Shown here piece by piece: positions 55,245-64,000 of a DNA stretch of 64,000 nucleotides. Numbering within the stretch: the first letter of the stretch is position 1; every line of letters begins with the position of its first letter. The translations under genes and the position numbers were made by a program. Source of the DNA: an uncultured delta proteobacterium (lineage in GTDB: Bacteria > Desulfobacterota > Binatia > Binatales > Binataceae). The notes beneath the pieces are model-generated. The model saw only the letters and a list, made by a program, of their open reading frames with translations, was not told the DNA's origin and searched no databases. The stretch covers positions 152,857 to 216,856 of the forward strand of contig CAWIHG010000003.1 in assembly GCA_963835905.1 (NCBI GenBank). The letters run 5' to 3'.

Positions 55245-56771
55245 ATGGCGAGTTCCGCAAAAACCCTGCCCCTCGTGCCTGGTCGTAGCCGCAACGAAAC
55301 GCTGTCGGCCGTGCCCGGGCGGCCGGTAGCTATTTCCCGGATCAGCCGGCGTCTGTCGAGCCTGCTGGAGCTGCTGGTGCTCACGGTCTCCGACGTGACG
55401 GCGCTGCTGATGTCGGGCGCCATCGCGTATTACGGGTGGGCTCACTTCGTGTTGGGGCAGCCACTGTGGCTGTACTCGGACGTGATGCCGCTGATAATCA
55501 CATTTCCGCTCATCTACGGCGCCTCTGGTCTGTATCCCGGATTCGGTCACGGGGCTCCCGAGCTTATCCGCCGCCTCACCGCCGGAACCAGCCTCGGGTT
55601 TGTCATTCTCGCCGGCGCCGCGTTCATCGCCAAGATTCCACCCGAGCATTCACGCGCGACGTTCGGGATCGCATGGATCCTGAGTCTCGCCTTGTTGCCG
55701 CTGATGCGCTTCCTCGCACTGTCAGTCGGCCGGAAATTTCCGTGGTGGGGAGAGCCCACCGTCGTGATCGGAAATCGGTCCCAAATTGAGTTGACGCTCG
55801 GGATGCTGTGCGATGCAAAGTCGCTGGGCTATCGCGTGGTTGGCGCGGTCTGTTCCGAAGCCGAGGTGTGCGGAGAAGAAATCGCAGGCGTCCGCGTGCT
55901 CGGAGGCAATGAAGTGGTTCCTGCGGTCGGCGACAGCGGCATCAGCACCGCGATCGTGTGGGGCGGCGCACGGGGCGGGGTGTTCGGCCGGCGCAGTGCA
56001 TTCGATCGCAATCCGGGGCTGGACTGGCTGCAGCGCCGATTCCGTCACGTGGTGGTCGTGAACAGCGAGGCAGCGCTTCCGGTCGAGCATGTGCAGGTGC
56101 GCAATCTCGGACCGGTGCTGGGAATCGAATTTACCAACGAGCTGTTGCGTCCCGAGAACCGGTTCGTCAAGCGCGCGCTGGACATCGTGCTGGGATCGAT
56201 CTTTCTGGTGTTCGCGGCGCCGCTAATCGCGGTGTCGGGTTTCCTGGTCAAGCTGGTAAGCCGAGGCCCCATGTTTTTCGTGCAGGAGCGCGAGGGCCTG
56301 GACGGGAAAAAGATCCGGATGTGGAAGTTGCGCACGATGTACGTCGACGCGGAGCGGCGGCTCCAGGAGCATCTGAACGCGAACCCGAACTTGCGCTCGG
56401 AATGGGAATCCAAGTACAAGCTCGAGCGCGACCCGCGCGTGGTGCGCGGAATCGGCCGATTTTTGCGCCGCTTCAGCATCGACGAACTCCCACAGTTGTG
56501 GTGCGTGGTACGTGGCACGATGAGCCTGGTGGGACCGCGTCCGCTGCCCGACTATCACCTCAACGTTTTCCCACGCGAGTTCCGCGAACTACGGCGCAGC
56601 GTCAGACCCGGCGTGACGGGGCTGTGGCAGATCACGATCCGCAACGCCGGCGCGCTCGACGAACATCAGCGCTATGACTCGTACTACATCCGCAACTGGT
56701 CCGTGTGGCTGGACGTTTATCTTCTGGCGAAAACGGGCATCGCGGTAGTAACGGCCCGAGGAGCCTACTGA
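55245..56771 (+). CDS. undecaprenyl-phosphate hexose-1-phosphate transferase (initiating sugar phosphotransferase, WbaP/EpsL-like)
   Basis: N-terminal TM bundle plus CoA-binding-like domain. C-terminal Bac_transf domain (KRALDIVLGSIFLVFAAPLIAVSGFLVKLVSRGPMFFVQEREGLDGKKIRMWKLRTM...ELPQLWCVVRGTMSLVGPRP). Confidence 0.85.
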   Translation: MASSAKTLPLVPGRSRNETLSAVPGRPVAISRISRRLSSLLELLVLTVSDVTALLMSGAIAYYGWAHFVLGQPLWLYSDVMPLIITFPLIYGASGLYPGFGHGAPELIRRLTAGTSLGFVILAGAAFIAKIPPEHSRATFGIAWILSLALLPLMRFLALSVGRKFPWWGEPTVVIGNRSQIELTLGMLCDAKSLGYRVVGAVCSEAEVCGEEIAGVRVLGGNEVVPAVGDSGISTAIVWGGARGGVFGRRSAFDRNPGLDWLQRRFRHVVVVNSEAALPVEHVQVRNLGPVLGIEFTNELLRPENRFVKRALDIVLGSIFLVFAAPLIAVSGFLVKLVSRGPMFFVQEREGLDGKKIRMWKLRTMYVDAERRLQEHLNANPNLRSEWESKYKLERDPRVVRGIGRFLRRFSIDELPQLWCVVRGTMSLVGPRPLPDYHLNVFPREFRELRRSVRPGVTGLWQITIRNAGALDEHQRYDSYYIRNWSVWLDVYLLAKTGIAVVTARGAY

Positions 56772-58261
56772 TGGCGGGGGCGCTCGATCAACATCGTCTC
56801 CACCAGGAGGATGCGCGCCGTGTGGAGCGCCGCGACCCGTACTATGGCCGTGGTAAGAGGCGGAGGTTCTCGCGGCTGCGCCAGTTGCTCTCGCTCCGCC
56901 CGGTGCGGATCGAGATGCTGGTCCTCATCGGGTACATCGTCGCAACGCGTATTTTCTCGCTCACCGCGGCGAAGGTGGGAATCCAGATCGGACCGGTTCC
57001 GCTCTTCCTTACCGACTTCACAGTGCTCGGACTGCTGGCAATTGCGGCAATCCGCAGACCCGGCAGACTGCTCCTGTGGTTCTCATCGGGACGGGGAGCG
57101 ACCGGCGCGGGCGTGGCAGTGTGGCTCTTGTGCGCCGCCGCGGTAGTCTACTTTTTATTTGCGTTTCCGGTATACAAAATCCTCGCGGTGCGTGATCTCG
57201 CGATTTTCGGCTACAGTCTGTTTTTTCCGCTCAGCTATTTTGCGATTTCAAATCGGACCTGGGCTGTGCGCCTGACTCGGTATTGTGTTTATTCCGGGTC
57301 GGTTCTGGCGGTAATCATGCTGTTGCAGTGGGTAACCGGCTCAACCCTATGGCTTGGCGAGTTGAAGCGAAATATCAACGGCGCATGGGTAGCCTATGTT
57401 GGCGGCGACGATTATGGCGCGATCACCGCCAGCTCGATGATGGGGCTGCTCGCTTACCTCCTGCTGGAGCGTGATTTTCGGCGCTTTCATCTAATCGCCA
57501 TGATCCTCTGTCTGATGGCGCTGGCGACCAATGGCGCAAGGTCGGCGGTGGTTGGCGCGGCGCTATGCGGCGCGGTGCTGTTCATGGTTATGTCCACCCG
57601 CCACCGGATACTGCTGGCGGTGACTTCGTCAATACTCATCTTTGCAATAGCGGCCGGTACGTTTCTGCCGCAGACGATTCCCGGCATTCACGCGTTGCAT
57701 AACTTCACCCTGGGAATCAGCAGCGCGATAGGCGGAAGTTCCGACATGGATACGCAATTCCGAGTTGTGCGGTGGCACGACGCTATCAATACCTGGCTGA
57801 CGTCTCCGGTGTTTGGAATTGGGTTCGGCCGCGACATTCTTCATCGCTATTACATAGGTTTCAGCTCGCAGTTCAAGTTCAATCTGGGGATGCCTCACAA
57901 TACCTATCTGTTCGTGTTGGCACGCATGGGTCTTTACGGAATGGGACTGATTGGCTTTGCGATGGCGCTGGGGATCGGACGCTTGGCGGTCGCTGCGCGC
58001 CGTTATCGGCAGCCTGACGATTTGGCCGCGCTCAGTGTCCTTGTCACGCTGGCAGGATTTGCCACCTTCGTGCTGTTCTTCGAGCGGCCGATGAATAGTG
58101 CCGGGTTCTGGATCATGCTCGCGGTCGGTGTGCGGCTTGCGCAGACCTCGCGGTCCGCGTGGCTTGCGTCGGTTGCGCGGAGGCACCCGATCATTTCCGG
58201 TGAAGTTCGAAGGCAGGCTGCCATCGCAACGAAGGCACCGTATTCGCAGCTGCGCGATTGA
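56771..58261 (+). CDS. O-antigen ligase-like / Wzy-family polymerase (second copy in locus)
   Basis: ATG overlaps the upstream stop (TGATG). About 12 TM helices. NGARSAVVGAAL loop typical of the O-antigen ligase/Wzy_C family. Confidence 0.6.
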   Translation: MAGALDQHRLHQEDARRVERRDPYYGRGKRRRFSRLRQLLSLRPVRIEMLVLIGYIVATRIFSLTAAKVGIQIGPVPLFLTDFTVLGLLAIAAIRRPGRLLLWFSSGRGATGAGVAVWLLCAAAVVYFLFAFPVYKILAVRDLAIFGYSLFFPLSYFAISNRTWAVRLTRYCVYSGSVLAVIMLLQWVTGSTLWLGELKRNINGAWVAYVGGDDYGAITASSMMGLLAYLLLERDFRRFHLIAMILCLMALATNGARSAVVGAALCGAVLFMVMSTRHRILLAVTSSILIFAIAAGTFLPQTIPGIHALHNFTLGISSAIGGSSDMDTQFRVVRWHDAINTWLTSPVFGIGFGRDILHRYYIGFSSQFKFNLGMPHNTYLFVLARMGLYGMGLIGFAMALGIGRLAVAARRYRQPDDLAALSVLVTLAGFATFVLFFERPMNSAGFWIMLAVGVRLAQTSRSAWLASVARRHPIISGEVRRQAAIATKAPYSQLRD

Positions 58262-58328
58262 GGCCGGCGGCCGCGACGCTGCACGGCGTCCGACAGGCTA
58301 TCGCGGTGCACGCCCGCAGGCATCGCAA

Positions 58329-58364
58329 AACAACGCCCGAGGTCGTGCGACCTCGGGCGTTGTT
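58329..58364. terminator. bidirectional intrinsic terminator between convergent genes
   Basis: Perfect 16-bp stem AACAACGCCCGAGGTC-gtgc-GACCTCGGGCGTTGTT. CTTATCT follows on the plus strand. On the minus strand the hairpin is followed by TTTTGCGATG (4-T run). Confidence 0.6.
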
Positions 58365-58410
58365 CTTATCTCGGGAGCGACTCTGATGCCGCCCGGTTTG
58401 GGTGCGTTGC

Positions 58411-59947
58411 CTAAAACGCCCCGATGTCGGGCGTGGAAGCGATCGCTGTGCCATTGAAGTTGGTGGCCGGTATGCCGTACGCCATGGTCCCCTTGTTCAA
58501 TGCCGGGCTGCCCGATTGGAGCTGCATGTTGCTCGGCGGCGAAACCAGCATCGGATTGGCTTTGGTGCAATCGATGTTCGCCGCCGTGGTGGTGTTGGAG
58601 CCGGCGTCTAGCAGCGCCGAGTTGGAGCTGTTGTATGCCGTATTTGGGCAACTGATGTTGTTGGCGACGATCACGTTGCTGGAGTACTCGAGGTCGATCT
58701 CGCCGCGCCAGGTGTAGGTATTCAGCGTCTTGGTGTGGTTCCAGTAATTGGTGTTGTTGCGGATCGTGACGTTGGCGCTGTTGTAGTCCTTGATTCCGGC
58801 GCCGCAGTTGGCCCAGGTCAGATTCTCTTCCACCAGGGTCGGATAGGTATAATTGGTCGAGGCGAAATCGTCCACGATGATTCCGTTACCGTCTGAGCCA
58901 CCCTGCGGATTGCAATTGCCGAACGACTCGTTGTAGCTGATGACGTTGTGCCAGCCGGCAGCTGAGTCCGACGCAACATTCTGGAAAATCGATATTCCGG
59001 ACGCGCTGCCGCTCCACTTCGCGGCGTTGTTCGACACAACGTTGTACTGGATCGCGATGTGATCGGAATTATCGAACGCGATCCCGCCCGCCGTAAAGTT
59101 CTCCACCGAATTGCCGGTGATCGTGAAATTCGCGCCGCCGGTGCTGACGATTCCCCAGCCAAAGGCATTGGGCAACGAACCATCCAGGTCGAGATTCATG
59201 ACAGTCGAGTTCGACTGGCCGTTAAGATTGATTCCTGCCACGTGCGCCGCGAGCGAATCAACCGCGGCGAGCGTTACGCCCGGACCCGTGAACGTGAGCA
59301 TCGGATAGGTGCCGTCCGCCAGGCAGACCGTCTGCCCAGGTGATGCCGATGAGAGCACATTCTGAGCGTTCGACGGAGTCGCCACGCTGTTGCAGTTCGG
59401 GCCGGTTGGCGTGCGTGGGCGTCGGTGTCGGCGTCGGTGTCGGAGCAGGCGTCGGCGTCGGTGTCGGAGCAGGCGTCGGCGTCGATGTCGAAACAGGCGT
59501 CGGCGTCGATGTCGGAGCAGGCGTCGGCGTCGATGTCGAAGCAGGCGTCGGCGTCGATGTCGAAGCAGTCGTCGGCGTCGATGTCGAAACAGGCGTCGGC
59601 GTCGATGTCGGATCAGGCGTCGGCGTCGATGTCGGAGCAGCTGCCGGAGTCGGTGTCGGTGTGGGCGCCGGAGTTGGTGTTGGCGTCGGCGTAGATTTGG
59701 CGCCCTTGTGCTTGGCGCGGCGAAGTTTGCGTGCCTGCTGACGGCGAAGTTTGCGTGCCCGCTTGCGGTCGAGTTTGCTTGCAGGCTGGACAGGGACGTC
59801 TACCGAGAGGTTCTGAGTCTGTCCCAAATTGACCGTCTGGGAGACTGGCGACTGGCCCCACGCGGTACCGATGAACAGAAAAAGCGAGAGGACGAGGGGA
59901 AGGATCCTCGCTGATTTGAAACCGAATGTATGTCGATCGCGCTCCAT
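58411..59947 (-). pseudogene. secreted right-handed beta-helix (pectate-lyase-like) protein with Thr-Pro repeat linker; reading frame broken near 59400
   Basis: Frame A (59947..59258) encodes a signal peptide plus a ~110-aa (T/S)P-rich linker, then terminates. Frame B (59385..58411, open further upstream) encodes ...[16 protein letters not shown]... plus ~300 aa of N/S/T/G-rich parallel beta-helix repeats. A single-base shift around 59400..59420 joins them. This is either authentic or an assembly error in the repeat. Confidence 0.6.
59420..59700 (-). repeat. tandem ~24-bp coding repeats (GTCGGCGTCGATGTCGAAGCAGGC-like units) encoding the [16 protein letters not shown] linker
   Basis: Visible periodicity across ~280 bp. 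It is in-frame within the beta-helix gene. Confidence 0.8.
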
Positions 59948-60431
59948 GCGGGCATCTCGCTTCGCAGCGCCCTCGACTTGCTACATTCTGTAGTAATTGT
60001 GCGCTGCTACTCGTAGAGAGAGCGAGATCTGTGCCGCCACGAGTTGTAAAAAACTCTACAAACTGTTCCACATCGGGGGTGCTTCTGATACAGAAGTGTC
60101 CCGCAGCGTTGCATTCCCGCAACGGAAATCGCCCGATCGGAAAATCAACGCTCCTTTTGTGTACGAAATTCACACGACATCTGTGACCTGATACGGCACA
60201 CTCGCGCCGGTGCGCGATGCGGTTCGATTTCTCGACGGTGTCCTGTTTCGGTGCGTAAGCGCGGCGCGGTCGCCCCGGGCCCGATTCTCGCCCGTGTGTG
60301 GTGCGCAACCCTCCGCATCGCCTGCCAGCGGACGGTTCGTTGCAATCGTCGCATCCGGCTTGTACGATTTTTCTATTCCAATTTTTTACCCGCGATCCGG
60401 TTGGATGCGGTGGTGGCGGAGGTTCAGGGCG

Positions 60432-60929
60432 ATGAGGAAGTTGTTGGTTGGCGTGGTGGCCCTGTCGATGGGGATTGCCTGCGCAGTGGTTCCCGCCCGT
60501 GCAGGTGGAGCGTTCAGCAAGAAGAGCTTCAAGGGCGGTTACGCGCTGGTTATGTCGGGCAGCGATGAGTCTCTGTCGAATGTCTGCCCATCCCCGCCGT
60601 GCGCCGCGGCGCTTACTGCCCAGATCACTGCCAACGGCAGCGGCGCTATCACCGGCGGCTCGGTCAACCTGAATGTCGGGGGCGTGACCTGCTCCGGCGA
60701 GGTCACGCAGGGATCTTACGTCGTAGCGAGCGACGGTACGGGATCGATCAACACCACGATTAACAGCAATGTTTCCTGCACCAACAGCGCTACCTTTCCA
60801 ATCGGCACATTTAATTTGAGCTTCACACTTTATAACGGCGGCAAGCAGTCCTCTCTTGCCACGCTCTTCACGCTGCCCGACGGATTAGTAATGGCTGGGA
60901 CCGCATCATCGCAGAACCGCATCCCGTAG
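60432..60929 (+). CDS. secreted hypothetical protein (Cys-containing, Gly/Ser/Thr-rich)
   Basis: Start MRKLLVGVVALSMGIACAVVPARA (signal peptide). No recognisable family. Confidence 0.45.
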   Translation: MRKLLVGVVALSMGIACAVVPARAGGAFSKKSFKGGYALVMSGSDESLSNVCPSPPCAAALTAQITANGSGAITGGSVNLNVGGVTCSGEVTQGSYVVASDGTGSINTTINSNVSCTNSATFPIGTFNLSFTLYNGGKQSSLATLFTLPDGLVMAGTASSQNRIP

Positions 60930-61014
60930 CGCGGATGCGGCTGCAGGCGTTGCGTGGCCGAAAAGCGTGCGGACTGAATTGAACGATGACGGTTGGTGCC
61001 CGAGAGCGTCGCAA

Positions 61015-61371
61015 ATGAAGCCGCTCAAAATACTGCTGCTCTTCGCGGTTCTTGCCTGCACGCTTCCGATTCTTGGCGGATGTGCCACCGAGCAGGAACC
61101 CGCCACTGAGCAGGCGCAGGTGGTCACCGCGCCGCACGAGCCGTTCGCGACGCCGGCTGCGGTAGAAACCCCGACCGTGACGCAATCCCAGGCGCAGGCT
61201 TCACCGATGGCGATGGCGTCGCCGGGTCCCGGCACGCAGAGTACGCAACCTCCGTACGCCAGCACCGAGAGCACCACGGAAGAGGACTCGGGCGGCGCGC
61301 TGAGCACGATCGGCGAAATTCTCACCGCTCCGTTCCGTCTGATCGCGAGCGTGGTGGGATTTATCCTCTGA
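61015..61371 (+). CDS. small lipoprotein with low-complexity T/E/Q/P-rich region and C-terminal hydrophobic helix
   Basis: Start MKPLKILLLFAVLACTLPILGGC (lipobox). C-terminus ALSTIGEILTAPFRLIASVVGFIL. Confidence 0.45.
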   Translation: MKPLKILLLFAVLACTLPILGGCATEQEPATEQAQVVTAPHEPFATPAAVETPTVTQSQAQASPMAMASPGPGTQSTQPPYASTESTTEEDSGGALSTIGEILTAPFRLIASVVGFIL

Positions 61372-61461
61372 TCGCGCCCGCCGGACTGCCTGGCCGAGCT
61401 TGACAATCGACCGGCCGGGGACGTTGATTCCATCAGGACGCCCCCGGGAGGTGATTAAGCC

Positions 61462-62577
61462 ATGCCCCGCATTATCGATTCAGACGGACATATCGTGGAA
61501 CCCCGCGCGGTCTGGGAGCAATACACCGAGCCGGAATTCCGCGAACGGATGATCCAGGTTCGCCGCAACCGCGACGGCATGGACGAGCTGTTCATCGATG
61601 GCGAAAATCGCAGCCGTCCTTCGCTGCCAGTGGCGGCGTCGATGGTGCCCGGCGGGCTGGCCGATCTCGAGCGCGCCCGTCAGCTTACCTGGGACGACGT
61701 GCCGCGCGGTGGTTTCGATCCGCGCGAGCGGTTGAAGGTGATGGATCGCGAGGGGATCGACGTGGCGGTGCTCTACCCCTCGCTGTGGCTATTGTACGGC
61801 GATCTCACCGATCCGAAGCTCGCCGCCGCCGCATGCCGGGCGTACAGCAACTGGATGGCTGACTTCTGCCGGCAGTCGCCGGCCCGGCTCTACGGGGTGG
61901 CTCCGATGCCGCTGCAGGACGTCGCCGAGGCGGTCCGGGAGATGCGCCGGGTAGTGAAAGAACTCGGCTACAAGGCGGTCTTCGTTCGCCCCAATCCGTT
62001 CAACGGGCGCCGACTCAACGATTCCGCTTACGATCCATTCTGGCGCGAGGCCCAGGAACTGGACGTCGCGGTCGCGGTGCATGGCAGCTTTGGGACGCGG
62101 ATGCCGACGATGGGCGCTGATCGTTATCACGACCCGTTCTTCTTCCACATGGTGTGTCATCCGTTCGAACAGCAGGCCGCCTGCATGGACATCATCTGCG
62201 GCGGCGTGCTGGCGAAGTTCCCGCGCCTGCGGATCGCGTTTTTGGAGTCGGGAATCGGATGGCTCGGCTACTGGCTGGATCGGATGGACAGCCACTTCGA
62301 GAAAATGCATTCCTACGTGTCGTTTCTGAAAATGAAACCGAGCGAGTATTTTATCGAGCAGTGCTACCTGACGATCGATCCCGACGAGCGGACGCTCGGC
62401 GCGATGGTGGCGCTGGGGGTCGGACGCAACGTGCTGTGGGGTTCTGATTTCCCGCATTTCGACTGTACGTTCCCGGGCGTGCTCGACGAAGTCAGGCATG
62501 CGCTCGAGCCGCTGTCCGAGAACGAACGCAACCTGATTCTGACCGAGAACGCGCTGCGATTTTACGGTCTCAGCTGA
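61462..62577 (+). CDS. amidohydrolase-2 family (TIM-barrel metal-dependent hydrolase) protein
   Basis: MPRIIDSDGHIVEP... (HxH metal site), ...AVAVHGSFG..., ...WGSDFPHFD. GGGAGGTG RBS present. Confidence 0.75.
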   Translation: MPRIIDSDGHIVEPRAVWEQYTEPEFRERMIQVRRNRDGMDELFIDGENRSRPSLPVAASMVPGGLADLERARQLTWDDVPRGGFDPRERLKVMDREGIDVAVLYPSLWLLYGDLTDPKLAAAACRAYSNWMADFCRQSPARLYGVAPMPLQDVAEAVREMRRVVKELGYKAVFVRPNPFNGRRLNDSAYDPFWREAQELDVAVAVHGSFGTRMPTMGADRYHDPFFFHMVCHPFEQQAACMDIICGGVLAKFPRLRIAFLESGIGWLGYWLDRMDSHFEKMHSYVSFLKMKPSEYFIEQCYLTIDPDERTLGAMVALGVGRNVLWGSDFPHFDCTFPGVLDEVRHALEPLSENERNLILTENALRFYGLS

Positions 62578-62635
62578 GACGTCCGCCGGACGTCGTCGAG
62601 GCGACGTGCGGCGCGTGAAGCCGGGGAGGTGGGGG

Positions 62636-63094
62636 ATGAAGAGGATCGCTATCGGAGTTCTGGCGGGAGCGATCGTGCTGGCCGGATGCTCGACGCGGAC
62701 CGAGACCGTCACTGTTGAGACCAGCCCGCCCGGCGCGTTGGTTGATTTTGGCGACACCCAGATGACCTCGCCAGGCTCGGCTACCCTTGCAACCGATCGC
62801 GAATATCACGTCGTCGCGACGCACCCCGGGTGCCCGGTCGGCCAGGCCGAGATTCACCAACGCATGGACTGGGGCTCGTTCGCGATGCTGATGCTGGTGT
62901 TCCCGGTCGGCATCCCGCTGGGCTCGATGCATGGCACCATGTACACGCTCGAGCCGACCGATATTCATATGGACCTCTGTCCGCCCGTAGCGCTGCCGTC
63001 AGCCGCGGCCTCCGCGCCGCCGGCACCCGCGCAACCGGGTGCCGCGCCAACGCCCGAGGCCGACTGGAAAGAGCTCAAGCCGCAAAAGAAGTGA
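62636..63094 (+). CDS. PEGA-domain-like lipoprotein with C-terminal TM segment
   Basis: Start MKRIAIGVLAGAIVLAGC (lipobox, GGAGG RBS). ...VTVETSPPGALVDFGDTQMTSPG... resembles the PEGA fold. A hydrophobic segment FAMLMLVFPVGIPLG follows. Confidence 0.5.
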   Translation: MKRIAIGVLAGAIVLAGCSTRTETVTVETSPPGALVDFGDTQMTSPGSATLATDREYHVVATHPGCPVGQAEIHQRMDWGSFAMLMLVFPVGIPLGSMHGTMYTLEPTDIHMDLCPPVALPSAAASAPPAPAQPGAAPTPEADWKELKPQKK

Positions 63095-63528
63095 TCGCGC
63101 GGCCCGGCTCACTCCGCTCAAGCAGGCAGCGCTGACGAGCAGAACGCGCAACGCTTCGCCTGATCAAGATTTCGCTGAGGCATTCGGGGCAACGCTTGGT
63201 GTTCGGCTCGGCCGGAAGCTGTTTGCGCGTGCGGGCAACCAGCGTATTGATCGGCAGTACGACCGCGAAGTAAACCGCCGCCGCGATTATCACGAACGAA
63301 ACGATCGAATTGACAAAATCGCCGATCAGGAACTTGCTGCCGTTGATCTCAAACGCGAACTTTGAAAAGTCCGGCTGTCGAACTATTGCCGCAATGAACG
63401 GTGTCAGCAGATCCTTGACGAAGGAAGTTACCACCGTGCCGAACGCGGCGCCGACCACGATGCCGACCGCCATGTCGACCACGTTGCCGCGCAACAGGAA
63501 TTGCTTGAATCCGCTCACGACTCCTCCT
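63075..63528 (-). CDS. mscL: large-conductance mechanosensitive channel
   Basis: GTG start preceded by GGAGGAG. VSGFKQFLLRGNVVDMAVGIVVGAAFGTVVTSFV is the MscL TM1 signature. Confidence 0.85.
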
Positions 63529-63653
63529 CGCGGCGCCTCGCCATTTTCTAACCCCGCTTTGAAGGCGTGATAGAGATGCAACCCCGCCTGCATCGGATCT
63601 TCGTCGTCAGCCATCGCACCTCAAACCGGCTCGGACTTCCAGAGATTCACAAT

Positions 63654-64000
63654 TCATGCTGATGCACCGGCCGGAGCAGCCTTCGGCACGGCCGCATCCG
63701 CCGACTCCTGCATCAACCACCGATAGATCAGGCCGCCGAGAATCCCTCCCACGATCGGCGTGAGCCAGAACAGCCAGAGCTGTCCCATAGCCCATCCGCC
63801 AACGAACAGCGCAGGTCCGGTGCTGCGGGCGGGATTAACCGCCGTGTTGGTAACCGGGATGCTGATCAGATGGATCAGGGTGAGAACGAGACCAATCGGA
63901 ATCGGCGCGAACCCGGGCGGAACGCGCTTATCCGTGGCGCCCATGATGACGAACAGGAAGATCAGCGTCATCGTGACTTCACAGACCGCGCAGGACAGCA
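63654..64000 (-). CDS. aqpZ: aquaporin (MIP family), C-terminal part; gene continues beyond window end
   Basis: Second NPA box [15 protein letters not shown], plus ...[16 protein letters not shown]. The frame stays open to position 64000. Confidence 0.75.
   Translation of the reverse strand, partial: LSCAVCEVTMTLIFLFVIMGATDKRVPPGFAPIPIGLVLTLIHLISIPVTNTAVNPARSTGPALFVGGWAMGQLWLFWLTPIVGGILGGLIYRWLMQESADAAVPKAAPAGASA

Noticed and set aside
59420-59700. Regular ~24-bp tandem repeats as a CRISPR-like array
   Set aside because: The repeats are contiguous without spacers, and in-frame they encode a Thr/Pro/Ser linker inside a secreted protein gene.

Overview
This is a 64-kb, ~67% GC bacterial chromosomal segment. 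The gene content (sigma-54 regulation, a large Wzx/Wzy-type EPS locus, many periplasmic redox proteins) is typical of a soil Acidobacteria- or deltaproteobacteria-like organism, but that is inference only. Coding density is high and there are no rRNA, tRNA or CRISPR loci. The window contains, in order:

- A truncated crotonase gene at the window start.
- An aromatic-catabolism cluster: TetR regulator, glutathione S-transferase, FAD monooxygenase, extradiol dioxygenase.
- An Fpg/Nei DNA glycosylase divergent from an EVE-domain gene.
- A two-gene segment (DUF4331 plus a polytopic membrane protein) bracketed by an exact 18-bp direct repeat.
- An IS4/IS1380-like insertion sequence.
- An orphan MauE/MauD-like thiol-redox pair with two paralogous monoheme cytochromes c and a cytoplasmic diiron-carboxylate (AurF-like) protein.
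- An MFS transporter, a crotonase, an amidohydrolase and a carotenoid-cleavage oxygenase.
- A Tat-exported aldo/keto reductase fused to a di-cluster ferredoxin.
- An MscS channel.
- An otsA–otsB trehalose operon co-linear with a sugar-type ABC importer.
- A sigma-54 two-component system.
- A Ca-type P-type ATPase divergent from a CaCA exchanger.
- A USP gene and a sigma-54-promoted HExxH lipoprotein.
- A low-GC spacer, followed by a complete ~19-kb Wzx/Wzy-dependent exopolysaccharide locus (Wza, Wzc, two O-antigen-ligase/Wzy-like proteins, flippase, five glycosyltransferases, an initiating sugar-phosphotransferase), ending in a frameshifted Thr-Pro-repeat beta-helix gene.
- Several small secreted proteins and lipoproteins, an amidohydrolase, mscL and a partial aquaporin.

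The regions most worth a second look are the orphan MauE/MauD–cytochrome c–diiron module, a sigma-54 promoter plus intrinsic terminator that bracket an unannotated ~360-nt plus-strand transcript, the repeat-bracketed cassette next to the IS, and a 138-bp MITE-like palindromic element.

All functional calls rest on motif recognition in the translations; no database searches could be run.
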